NCBI RefSeq assembly: GCF_006345805.1 | Contig: NC_043026.1 | Span: forward strand, 10,354,001-10,418,000 | Length of the DNA: 64,000 nt | Direction of reading: 5' to 3' | From: Octopus sinensis | Lineage: Eukaryota | Part shown: positions 11,900 to 24,170 of the stretch, in pieces | Layout of the letters: the number at the start of each line of letters is the position of its first letter | Numbering within the stretch: the stretch's first letter is position 1 | Position numbers and translations under genes: made by a program | The notes under the pieces: generated by a model | Databases searched by the model: none | What the model was told of the DNA's origin: nothing | Seen by the model: only the letters and a program-made list of their open reading frames with translations

Positions 11900-12500
11900 T
11901 CACTATGGAAGAGCAAACAGAACCTGTCTCTTAGAAAAGGGTGTTTAGGGGCTCAAAAATAAAAAGGGATGAAGGAGTTCGCTATCAAAAGTGTAGATAT
12001 GAGAGAGGTGGTAGTTCAAGGAGAGAAATGTCAGAGAAATGAGCTTCATATTCAGTCAACAACAAAAAAATAAAAATAAAGGAGACCACGAAAAGAGGGA
12101 TCTCATGGGAAGACAAATTATTTTGGGCATACACATATGTTATACAAGGTTCGTTGCATATGAAGACACAATTAATTTGTTGAAAAATTCTTGGGAAGAA
12201 ATTTTGATGGAAGAGATTAGAAAAACAATTACAATTCAGAATTTATTATTTTTAGAAAAAAGAATTGTTCCTTGAACATTAATTACAGACATATTCTACA
12301 AGACAAACACAAAGTCATTGAGCCACCCCAAAAAAAAAAAAAAAGCCCACAAGATATCCTGATTCCAGGGAGACGTATATCATTAGACCAGCTTTATGTA
12401 GGGGTGTGTAAGATGGGTGAAAGTGCAATTGTTTCTTGTTGCAATAAAGCATCACATTTAGATATTTCAACCATTAAATATTATAATCAACATTATTTAC
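11900..12500 (+). pseudogene. Decayed coding-like segment (K/E-rich, possibly coiled coil) preceding the tandem array
   Basis: Acceptor-like cattacag then ATG near 11908; broken frames such as ELHIQSTTKK.KETTKR and NLLKNSWEEILMEEIRKT. Confidence 0.3.
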
Positions 12501-15500
12501 AGAAATTTCGGCCTCTTTGGCCAGTTTTGACCAGAGAAGCAAAGATCGAGGGATCTGTAGATTTTGAGAAAAGCAAAATAATATCCAACATTGTCATCAA
12601 AGAGGAGGGATTAGTGACATATTCCCACCATTGTAAGACAATATATTCTGTGACAATGATGTTCATTGTTCATCTTGTGTCACTGATTTCACCAGCATCG
12701 AAGAGAGACACTATTGATAGAAATTTCGGCCTCTTTGGCCAGTTTCAACCAGACAAGCAAAGATTGAGGGAATGGTAAAATATTCCCGACATTGTATGAC
12801 AATATATTCTGTGACAAGAAATAGCAACAGAAATGATATTCTCTGTCCATCTTGTATAACTAATTTCACCAGAATCGGTCAAGACACGGTTCTAGCAACC
12901 ATTCCCTTCCGAAAAATCATTCTATTAATTAGTCCCAAAAGTTTCAAGATTAAAAGATAAAAGGATACAGTTGGGATTGCATTTGGTTCCTGAATTTGAA
13001 TATTCTACACTATTAGGTGTAGAAATGATTGGTAAGATAATTTGCTGAATTGATTGGGAGGGTAATAGGACCACATGTGAATTTCTTAAAGAAACACCGA
13101 CAGATATTGCTGTAGGTGTCCAGAATATTCTTTGTGAATTCATCACTAAAGAAACACCGACAGATATTGCTACAGAACATACTTTTAATATCATTTTCCA
13201 GCATTAACAGTGTAATCATTTATAATGCGGATGGCCAACTGTTATGGGTGGTAGAGACCCTTACTCTGCACCTCCCAAGTAAAATCTTGTTATACAAAAA
13301 CTATTTCTATATCCTCCAGGGATAGATTATTTATAGATTTCGGTTAAAGGTGGCGTGAAAAAGAGGGACATTATCTATAGAAATTTCGGCCTCTTTGGCC
13401 AGTTTTGGCCAGACAAGCAAAGATCGAGGGATCTGTAGAAGATTTTGAGAAGAGGACAACAATATAGTCCTATGTGAGGGAATGGTAACGTATTCCCGAC
13501 ATTGTATGACAATATATTCTATGACAAGAAATGGCAACAGAAATGATGCTCACTGTCCATCTTGTGTTACTAATTTCACCAGAATCGGTCAAGACATGGT
13601 TCTAGCAACCATCCCATTTCGAAAAATCATTCTATTAATTAGTCCCCAAAGTTTCAAGATGTGAATTTCTTATCAAAGAAACACCGACAGATTGCTGTAT
13701 GTGTCCATTATAAAATGTATGGCCAACTGTTATGGGAGCTAGAGATCCTTACTCTGCACCTCCCAAGTAAAATCTTGTTATACAAAAACTATTTCTATAT
13801 CCTCCAGGGATATTTTATTTATAGATTTCGGTTAAAGGTGGTGTGACAAAGAGGGACATTATTTACAGAAATTTCGGCCTCTTTGGCCAGTTTTGACCAG
13901 AAAAGCAAAGATCGAGGGATCTGTAGATTTTGAGAAAAGGAAAATAATATCCAATATTGTCATCATAGAGGAGGGATTAGTGACATATTCCCACGATTGT
14001 AAGACTATAAGTTTAGTAACAAGAGACAGTGACAGAAATGATATTGACTGTCCATCTTGTGTTACTAATTTCACCAGAATCGGTCAAGACACGGTCCTAG
14101 CAACCATTCCCTTCCGAAAAATCATTCTATTAATTAGTCCCAAAAGTTTCAAGATTAAAAGATAAAAGGATACAGTTGGGATTGCATTTGGTTCCTGAAT
14201 TTGAATATTCTACACTATTAGGTGTAGAAATGATTGGTAAGACAATTTGCTGAATTGATTGGGAGGGTAATAGGACCACATGTGAATTTCTTATAAAAGA
14301 AACACCAACAGATATTGCTGTATGTGTCCAGAATATTCTTTGTGAATTTCTTATCAAAGAAACACCGACAGATATTGCTACAGAATATACTTTTAATAAC
14401 ATTTTCCAGCATTAACAGTGTAATCATTTATAATGCGGATGGCCAACTGATATGGGAGGTAGAGACCCTTACTCTGCACCTCCCAAGTAAAATCTTGTTA
14501 TACAAAACTATTTCTATATCCTCCAGGGATATTTTATTTATAGATTTCGGTTAAAGGTGGTGTGACAAAGAGGGACATTATTTACAGAAATTTCGGCCTC
14601 TTTGGCCAGTTTTGACCAGACAAGCAAAGATCGAGGGATCTGTAGAAGATTTTGAGAAAAGGACAACATTATTGTCCTATGTGAGGGAATGGTAACGTAT
14701 TCCCGACATTGTATGACAATATATTCTGTGACAAGAAATGGTCAAGACACGGTTCTAGCAACCATTCCCTTCCGAAAAATTATTCTATTAATTAGTCCCA
14801 AAAGTTTCAAGATTAAAAGATAAAAGGATACAGTTGGGATTGCATTTGGTTCCTGAATTTGAATATTCTACACTATTAGGTGTAGAAATGATTGGTAAGA
14901 TAATTTGCTGAATTGATTGGGAGGGTAATAGGACCACATGTGAATTTCTTAAAGAAACACCGACAGATATTGCTGTAGGTGTCCAGAATATTCTTTGTGA
15001 ATTCATCACTAAAGAAACACCGACAGATATTGCTACAGAACATACTTTTAATAACATTTTCCAGCATTAACAGTGTAATCATTTATAATGCGGATGGCCA
15101 ACTGATATGGGAGCTAGAGACCCTTACTCTGCACCTCCCAAGTAAAATCTTGTTACACAAAACTATTTCTATATCCTCCAGGGATAGATTATTTATAGAT
15201 TTCGGTTAAAGGTGGTGTGACGAAGAGGGACACTATTGATAGAAATTTCGGCCTCTTTGGCCAGTTTTGACCAGACAAGCAAAGATCGAGGGATCTGTAG
15301 AAGATTTTGAGAAGAGGACAACAATATAGTCCTATGTGAGGGAATGGTAACGTATTCCCGACATTGTATGACAATATATTCTATGACAAGAAATGGCAAC
15401 AGAAATGATGCTCACTGTCCATCTTGTGTTACTAATTTCACCAGAATCGGTCAAGACATGGTTCTAGCAACCATCCCATTTCGAAAAATCATTCTATTAA

Positions 15501-15775
15501 TTAGTCCCAAAAGTTTCAAGATTAAAAGAATACAGTTGGGATTGCATTTGGTTCCTTACTTGGAATATTTTACACTAACAGGTGTAGAAATGATTGGTAA
15601 GATAATTTGCTGAATTGATTGGGAGGGTAATAGGACCACATGTGAATTTCTTATAAAAGAAACACCAACAGATATTGCTGTAGGTGTCCAGAATATTCTT
15701 TGTGAATTTCTTATTAAAGAAACACCGACAGATATTGCTGCAGAATATACTTTTAATATCATTTTCCAGCATTTA
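12501..15775 (+). repeat. Tandem array of 0.49-0.72 kb units derived from a decayed beta-propeller (NHL-like) coding sequence
   Basis: Marker agaaatttcggcc at 12501, 12719, 13379, 13867, 14586 and 15241. Composite translation includes ETPTDIAV, NSVIIYNADGQLIWE and PSKILLYKNYFYILQG. The repeat structure is certain; the domain call is tentative. Confidence 0.75.
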
Positions 15776-16139
15776 CAAATTCCTGCTATTTTATCCTGTC
15801 CTGAACTAAGAAAAGGCCCTTTAATAAAGGGCCAAAGTGATTACATGAAAATATGCCATCATCATCATCGTTAAACGATGATGATGATGACATATTTTCA
15901 TGAAATCAGTTTGGCCCTTGTCATAGTTGAGGACAGGCAATATACAGAAACCCTTAACAAATAAGTGTTTAGCTGCGACCACCATTGAAAACAAACACGA
16001 GGTCCATATCCTATTGATCAAGGAAGGCAAAGTTGAAATTATAGAAGGAATTTCTGTACGACATTAATTAATCTTTGTTGTCATTGGCGAAATATGCAAT
16101 CTGCTGAATGGACAGTTTGTGGTGTCTGACATCAAGCAT

Positions 16140-17400
16140 GATTGCTGGTTATACATTTCACAATTACAGCTACAGATACATTTTGATGGGATATGTAACA
16201 TTACCCCTGCAGAAAAAAATTACGTGTCTTTGGGAACATATCAAAGTCAGTTAAAAGTGTATCATTAAGGCAGCCTTAATGGTGTGTAAGTTGGGTGAAG
16301 GCGAAATTGTTTCTTATTGCAATAAACCATCACATTTAGATATTTTAGCCATTAAGAAAAATTACAATCAAGTTGAAATAATTCATATAATTGAAATCCC
16401 CTTTTTTTTTGTGAAATCATTAGAGGAAACACAAAAGCTATAAATTGTTACAAGGAGACAAGTTTTCAGTACAACACTAGAATAGCTGGTGGTGGTCATG
16501 GCAGTCATCAGATAGTCCCCAGTGTTTTAATGTCCCAGGTAACACATTCCCCCAATCTCTACGGCGGATCCATTGACTAAACGTCTGTTTATCTGATAGA
16601 AGCCGTATGTTTGCCATAACAATCATAATTTGTTGGTTAATGATCTTGTTACAAACAAGCAATTTAATAATTATGTCGATCCGGTAGATATATTTTCCAG
16701 AAACATTTCTGTCAGTGAAATGTTACACTTTATATCTACAGGCTCTAACAGTTTCTGATAAAGCCAGAGGTATTCCTCTCCCTAAACATTTGGGAGACGA
16801 AGTACCAGTGTGGATTAGATCTTTGGTTATTACTGAAAATATCCTGATTGCAGGGAGACGTATATCATTAGACCAGATTTATGTACGGGTGTGTAAGATG
16901 GCTGAAAGTGCAATTGTTTCTTATTGCAATAAAGCATCACATTTAGACAATTTAACCATTAAATATTATAATCAACATTATTTATAGAAATTTCGGCTTC
17001 TTTGGCCAGTTTTGACCAGAGAAGCAAAGATCAAGGGATCTGCAGATTTTTAGAAAAGCACAATGATTCAAAGAATATCCCCTTTTTTTTGTGAAAACAT
17101 TATCAATAGACAAGGAAACACAAAAAAAATTATTAGTTACTGGGGAAATTGCTTTTCAGTATAACACAAGAATAGGTGGTGGTGGTCATGGCAGTCATCG
17201 TCTTTGTAATATTAAAATGGTCCCCAGAGATTTAATGTCCCCGCAATCTCTACGGTGTATCTATTGATCAAATTTTTGTTTATCTGACAGATAACAACCG
17301 TATTTTTGCCATAAACGATTACAATTTCTTGGTTAATGATCTCATTAATAATTATATCATTGTAATAATTATATCGATCTTGTAATAATCATATCGATCT
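16140..17400 (+). repeat. Rearranged partial copies of 12300-12560 plus a duplicated segment of about 250 bp
   Basis: 16840-17050 matches 12355-12570; 16440-16680 matches 17125-17400. Confidence 0.7.
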
Positions 17401-19460
17401 AACACACTGGTCATTACGAATTGGGATCATCCTGTTTATAATAAATCCCAACTGTTGACATTAAACGTGGAATTTCCATTGTCGTTGGTAATTTACCAAA
17501 CGAGAAATGATTATAAATGTGTTTCTTCTTTATCAGACAATCGACTGGTTTTTAATAAATTTAGAGATGGAGGTCATTTGTAATTTCTTGATATTGATGA
17601 AATACATTCAAGTGTGAATGAAATTAAAAAAAAATAGACATTCCTGAACCATTATTAACGAGACGAATATGGAACTAATTATGATGATATTAAGGTTACT
17701 GCTGATGATGTTATCATTGTCTTCAACAAAAGATTCATCATTTTCTTCAACAGTGATGGTCAATATTCATAGACAGTTTACATTCAGTCAGACACTACAC
17801 GAAGAATTATTATTTTGGCGAAGATGACAGTTTTTTTGTACATTTATGGTGGGTGGAAGAAATGTTTAGGTTCATCTGGATATCGAAACATTTTGTGTTT
17901 GACCCAGAATGGGGAATACAAGAGAATATTTTTAAATAAAAGAATTTATAAAGATGAAGTAGATTTTTCCATTATAAACTCTAAAAAGCTATGGTTTGTT
18001 GGAAGCCCCAGGAGGGAATGGGGTAGAAAGAATGAATTGTAAGTTGAAGGGTTATGGTGAATCGAGAAAGCTTCCAGTTGCTCGTTAACAAATAGACGAA
18101 TGTCCTGTTCAAGTAAAAGATTTTGATATCTCTGATGAAGGAAAGACAGTTGTGTGTGAAAATATGGAGAAAAGTGGTGGGTATTTACTGGTGTGTACAT
18201 ATTGAATGTCATTGCATAAAGATTGATGGGGACCAAGTGGACATTCTGGAATCTGTGTCGTTATTAAATCTTGATTCTGGTCTTCGTTTCCCTTCCATTA
18301 CATCTGAAACGAACAAGGAAATATTCAGTGATGAATTAATTAATAAATTGGAATACAGAGGAGGAGATGGAGGAAGAAGAGGTAAATCAGGTGAAATAAT
18401 TAGTAAAGGTAGATTATAGGTGAGATGTGGTAATTACATAGCGGAGATGAGTAATTCAGGAATTGATGAAATATCAGTGAGGAGACTTCCATATAGGACA
18501 GCAATGGTCCCTCTTTCCATTTCTGCATTCGAGGAACCTGTTAATTATGATTTGTGGGACATTAGGGACCGGAACAGCAAACTAATTAAGCTAGATGAGA
18601 ATGTGAGTGTGTTGATGTTTCGAGAAAGTGTCACATTAATCAGAACAACAACAACAACAGTGTACATACTTCAACATGAACAACAACAACGACCACCACT
18701 GGACATATGTCGGTGGACAGAGGAATGTTTCATTGTCGCCTTTGGGAGAGAAATACTACAACACGATTTATAAATACAATGACAATCAACTCGTGTGTGG
18801 TGGTCATTATATTAGAGACGTAACTCAAGAAGAGAGAGACAAGAAATACAAAAGAATATGGAGAAACAAGGATTACTATTATTTCAATGGCCCCGACGCC
18901 TTTGACCCTTATTATGTGGATGTGGTTGATATCAAAGATGGGAAATGTAAAGATGAAGTGTGTCGTGGGGAGGCGGGGAGATGGGAAAGGTTGGAGGGAG
19001 ATGAAGGGGTGGATTGTGTGGGAGTCACATCTTTTGGTGATGTTGTTGTGAGGAGGAAGATGAAGAAGAAGAGGTTTGGAGGGTGGGATGTTTTTTGTTT
19101 TGTGGAATGGTTCAGGGAAAAGTCTTTGGTGAGGAGGATAAGAATGGAAGGTACAATATTTCTTAGTGTGGACTTTTATTTTGCAAGACCACGTCTGACC
19201 ACAATTGGTGAATGTGTTTATATAACAGATGGAGAGAACAATACTTACGAAATACCTTGATATATCGAAGAGGAAACATCTGAAGATGATGAAATCCTGG
19301 AATTCCAAAATATTTACTCCTCAGAAAGGATGATAATAAAGTCTTTGAAGTTCTTGGTTTGGATGTTTCAGAAGATTCTTTGATGGTTTTTGGAATTATT
19401 CGTGGACATCAATCTTTTGCTTTCTTTCATTATGACAAATAAATATTTTCAAAAATATTA
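17400..19460 (+). pseudogene. Multiply disrupted, apparently intronless ORF of about 2 kb; uncharacterised, beta-propeller-like
   Basis: Abutting ORFs 18123-18419, 18420-18773 and 18676-19260; blade-like motifs DIKVTADDVIIVF..IFFNSDGQ, PLDICRW..FIVAF and PRLTTIGECVYITDGENN. Confidence 0.5.
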
Positions 19461-19829
19461 AACCTGAATCATCATCATCTTCTTATTGTTGTTGTTGTTG
19501 ATGTAAATGGCTTCGCCCGGGAATCGAACCTGCATCGCATAGATTGCATTCTACACACTAACAATTAGTGTTGAAACATTCCTCAACGCACTGTCTTTGT
19601 GTGTGTGTATATTTATATATAGTATATATACATGTGTTTATATACACATATAAATATATACACACACACACATATTTACGGATGTATGTATAGCAATAAG
19701 GCTATAAACAAAGATGATCTCACTTTTGAATATATATATATAGAGGTGCTGCAGTATGGCCACGTTCAAATCACTGAAACAAGTAAAAAAATGTGCAACA
19801 GTTGTAAGATAATTTTGCAGCTTTAATAA

Positions 19830-20565
19830 AAAATATATATACACACGCATATATATATATATATATACACACATATATATATACACACACACACATATAT
19901 ATACATACACACACACACATATATATACATACACACACACACATATATACATACACACACATATATACATACACACACACACATATATACATACACACAC
20001 ACATATATACATACACACACACACACATATATACATACACACACACACATATATACATACACACACACACATATATATACATACACACACACACATATAT
20101 ACATACACACACACACATATATACATACACACACACACATATATACATACACACACACATATATACATACACACACACATATATACATACACACACACAC
20201 ACATATACATACACACACACATATATATATACATACACACACATATATACATACACACACACACATATATACATACACACACACATATATATACATACAC
20301 ACACACATATATACATACACACACACATATATACACACACACACATATATATACACACACACATATATACATACACACACACACACACATATATACACAC
20401 ACACACACACATACACACACACACATATATATATACACACACATATATATATACACACATATATATATACACATATATATATATATACACACATATATAT
20501 ATACACACATATATATATATACACACACACATATACACACACACATATACATATATATATATATA
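19830..20565. repeat. Compound (TA)n/(CA)n microsatellite
   Basis: About 740 bp of alternating atat/acac runs. Confidence 0.95.
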
Positions 20566-20670
20566 GGATGAAGTTTTTTACAGAAAAAATTTCATCAAAA
20601 AGTGGCAGCATATTAAAACACATTTAAAGGTTAAAATTACAAACAACTTAAAAACAAGGGCAAAAGAAAC

Positions 20671-21087
20671 GGAACTTTTCGGTTTGAACGGCAGTTTTTA
20701 ACATAATTTCTAGGTAACTAAACACTTTTAAACTTCGTATACTGGTAGAATGTGTTTACAAAACATCTTTTTCTCTTGGCTTTATTGAGAAAATTTTATA
20801 ATTTGTAAGATATTTGGGGGTTTTTTCTTCTTCACTTTCTGCAATTTCAACCAATCAATGACGTCTATTGAGGTGAAAACCTTATAATGCCGTATGAATA
20901 TGTCCCTCGCTTAAGAAACAGATTGGGTTTATTTACAATTGTGAAGAAAAAAAAAGATACCCTTCCCCCCCCACCCCTAAATCTAAAATAGATTGAAATG
21001 CAATAGATCGATACTAGGGTCATAATTATGGGTGACAATTTCATATGATACCGCTAGAAAAAACTGCCGTTCAAACCGAAAAGGTCC
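20671..21087. mobile_element. MITE, GGATC family
   Basis: TIRs ggaacttttcggtttgaacggcagttttt / aaaactgccgttcaaaccgaaaaggtcc. Confidence 0.85.
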
Positions 21088-21381
21088 GATGTTTTTTTTT
21101 TTTATTTTAAACAAAATAATTTTTTTTACACAAAGTAACAGGTACTAAAAGCGAATAATGGTCCCGGTGCGCGCATCCACGCTAGCTAGTGGCAAGTAGC
21201 CGATCCTACAACGACCCGCGCATGCGCGACACATACTTGTATCGCACGAGTGATACAAGAAATGGCGAACTTTAGCTTCCAGAGTTCAGTACAACGTATT
21301 TCTTTAATGGGTATAAAACATGGGGAAATCGACGATTTAAAAGTCTGTTATCAGCATATTGGCATGGGAATAACTTTTTTC

Positions 21382-21815
21382 GAATCCCTTTCGGTTTGAA
21401 CGGCAGTTTTTTCTAGCGGTGTCATATGAAATTGTCACCCATAATTATGACCCTAGTATGGATCTATTGCATTTCAATCCGTTTTAGATTTAGGGTTAGG
21501 GGGAAGGGTATCTTTTTTTCTTCACAAATGGAAATAAACCCAATCTGTTTCTTAAACGAGGGACATATTCATACGGCAGTGATTGATTGAAATTGAAGAA
21601 AATAAAAAAAATACAAATTCATTTCTATTGAGATAAACTGTAGAAATAAACATTTCCCTTAACAACAACAAATATCTTAGAAACTATAGAATTTTCTCAA
21701 TAAAGCCAAGAGGAAAAGATGTTTTATAAACACATTCTACCAGTATACGAAGTTTAAAAGTGTTTTGTTTCGTGGAAATTATTTTAAAAAACTGCCGGGC
21801 AAACCGAAAAGATCC
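21382..21815. mobile_element. MITE, GGATC family (nested, inverted relative to 20671-21087)
   Basis: TIR ttcggtttgaacggcag / ctgccgggcaaaccgaaaagatcc. Confidence 0.8.
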
Positions 21816-21820
21816 AAAAT

Positions 21821-22187
21821 GGCGATCTTTCGTCTCTAGTAGACCTTTCCGTCGACTTCTGTAAAATTTTTTTTTTTTTTAAATATGGGCTTGCGGGAAC
21901 TGTTGAAGTAATGAGAGCGAAAGAGACTAAGAGAAAGCGATTTTATGACGAGGGAAGTTCTTTTGAAGTTACCGTCCAGGGGAAGCATTGATGTACATGT
22001 GTGTATGTTGTGTAAGTGAAGTGCTTCTGTTAGTGTGTGTGAAAGAAAGAGATAACTGAAATTTTTTACTCGGTGTATGTGTATATGTATGTATATTACT
22101 TCAAAAGTTCCCGCAAGCCCATATGTAAAAAAAAAAAATTTTTTTACGGAAATCGACGGAAAGGTCTACTAGAGACGAAAGATCGCC
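21821..22187. mobile_element. MITE, GGCGATC family (about 100-bp TIRs)
   Basis: ggcgatctttcgtctctagtagacc / ggtctactagagacgaaagatcgcc. Confidence 0.9.
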
Positions 22188-22607
22188 AAAAAATGTCTAT
22201 TTGCATACGCGCACTCGCGTAGGTAGTCGTTGTAGGATCGACTAGTGACGACTAGCTACCGCGCATGCGCGAGGTGCGAGTGCGCGCATCGAGACCACTC
22301 TTCTTAAATAGTATCAAAAATTAATTTCTCGATCTGCCCTTCAAAGGGTAAAGATCCCCCCCGAAGTTAAGTGTTTTGGTCGATCGAGCTATATCGAAAT
22401 ATCGCCCAGATTATTTCTCTAACTAAAGCACGCAACAAACGGGGCAGCGATGTAGAGTGTAGAAGGTAGCCACCATAGCTAGAAAGAGCAGCCAAAACTC
22501 GAACATATCAACGGACATCTATCTTCTATATTATAGATAGACATAATAGTAAAATACAGCAGAAATCAAGGACATCTAACCATTCACAAGAGACACAAAG
22601 AATAAGG

Positions 22608-22840
22608 CGGCGAGCTGGCAGAAACGTTAGCGAACCAGGACGAAATGCGTAGCCGTATTTCGTCAGCCCGTTACGTTCTGAGTTCAAATTCCGCCGAGAT
22701 CGTCGACTTTGCCTTTCATTCTTTCGGGGTCGATAAATTAAGTACCTGTTGCGAACTGGGGTCGATGTAATCGGCTTAATCTGTTTGTCTGACCTTGTTT
22801 GACCTCTCCGTGTTTAACCCCCTCGTGGGTGGTAAAGAAC
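22608..22840 (+). mobile_element. SINE family B
   Basis: ggcggcgagctggcagaa head, gagttcaaattcc B-box, gtcgactttgcctttcat core. Confidence 0.85.
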
Positions 22841-22844
22841 CAAT

Positions 22845-23110
22845 AAGAGACACGAAGAATGTCGGCGCCAAATACCGAAACGTCTTCAGAATTAAAAAGA
22901 TGAAATAATTTCAGTTGAATACTTACGGAAATGTCTCATAAAGGATAGTGTTGTTATATATGCGTGTGTCTGGTAGTTGAGAAATGCATTATCAGTACGG
23001 ATTATAAGTATTATAGAGGTTCTGTTGGCTGGTGAGAAAGAAATTCCTTCACAGACCATTACCCACACGCCAACACGACAGAGGAAGTGCGTTCTATGCG
23101 CATGTGCTTC
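22845..23110 (-). promoter_or_regulatory. Orphan ZNF-type promoter/first-exon module
   Basis: Homologous to four other blocks; - strand donor CC|GTAAGTAT at 22926, TGCGCATGTG at 23097 and GGAAGT near 23083. Confidence 0.55.
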
Positions 23111-23189
23111 TTCAAACTAGCTAAGGTCACTAACTCTACTTATAACCCTTTCATTTTAATATGTTGCAGCTAATTCCTTTATTACTAAT

Positions 23190-23912
23190 ATATTTCTTTA
23201 CTGCCCACAAGAGGCTAAACATAGAGGGGACAAACAAGGACAGACAAACAGATTAAGTCGATTATATCGACTCCAGTGCGTAACTGGTACTTAATTTATC
23301 GACCCCGAAAGGATGAAAGGTAAAGTCGACCTCGGCGGAACTTGAACTCACAACGTAACGGCAGACGAAATACCTATTTCTTTATTGCCCACAAGGGGCT
23401 AAACAAGGACAGACAAACGAATTACGTCGATTACATCGACCCCAGTGCGTAACTGGTACTTAATTTATCGACCCCGAAAGGATGAAAGGTAAAGTCGACC
23501 TCGGCGGAATTTGAACTCACAACGTAACGGCAGACGAAATACCCATTTCTTTATTACCCACAAGGGGCTAAACATAGAGGGGACAAACAAGGACAGACAA
23601 ACAGATTAAGTCGATCACATCGACCCCAGTGCGTAACTGGTACTTAATTTATCGACCCCGAAAGGATGAAAGGCAAAGTCGACCTCGGCGGAATTTGAAT
23701 TCACAACGTAACGGCAGACGAAATACCTATTTCTTTATTGCCCACAAGGGGCTAAACAAGGACAGACAAACGGATTAATTCAATTACATCGACCCCGAAA
23801 GGATGAAAGGTAAAGTCGACCTCGGCGGAACTTGAACTCACAACGTAACGGCAGACGAAATACGGCTACGCATTTCGCCCGGCGTGCTAACCTTTCTGCC
23901 AACTCGCCGCCT
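23190..23912 (-). repeat. Four head-to-tail SINE-B copies, three truncated at the same point
   Basis: Repeated junction gacgaaatac|ctatttctttatt near 23372, 23541 and 23726. Confidence 0.9.
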
Positions 23913-23937
23913 TTATTACTAATAAATGGTTTGTACT

Positions 23938-24170
23938 AGGCGGCGAGCTGGCAGAAAGGTTAGCATGCCGGGCGGAATGCGTAGCCGTATTTCGTCTGCC
24001 GTTACGTTCTGAGTTCAAATTCCGCCGAGGTCGACTTTGCCTTTCATCCTTTCGGGGTCGATTAAATAAGTACCAGTTACGCACTGGGGTCGATAAATCG
24101 ACTTAATCCGTTTGTCTCTCCTTGCTTGTCCTCTCTGTGTTTAACCCCTTGTGGGTAGTAAAGAAATAAG
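23938..24170 (+). mobile_element. SINE family B, inverted partner of the tandem array
   Basis: Full copy starting 25 bp from the head of the - strand copy. Confidence 0.9.

Larger units (their letters stand above)
21141..22315. mobile_element. GGTAC-family element carrying two nested MITEs
   Basis: Subterminal repeats ggtcccggtgcgcgc..gatcctacaacgac / gtcgttgtaggatcgac..gcgcgcatcgagacc. Confidence 0.7.

Noticed and set aside
16477-16662. Minus-strand DDCHDHHQLF.CC motif suggesting a B-box (also near 17150-17200)
   Set aside because: Ligand spacing does not fit a B-box, it is interrupted by stops, and it is on the opposite strand to the propeller-like frames.
19509-19575. tRNA-like 3' half on the - strand (ggttcgattcccgggcgaagcca)
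   Set aside because: Only the T-arm/B-box is recognisable; no convincing D-arm or anticodon stem, so probably a SINE or tRNA relic.
19638-20623. Three ORFs of 257-304 aa rich in C/V/Y/M/I
   Set aside because: Translation of a (TA)/(CA) microsatellite.
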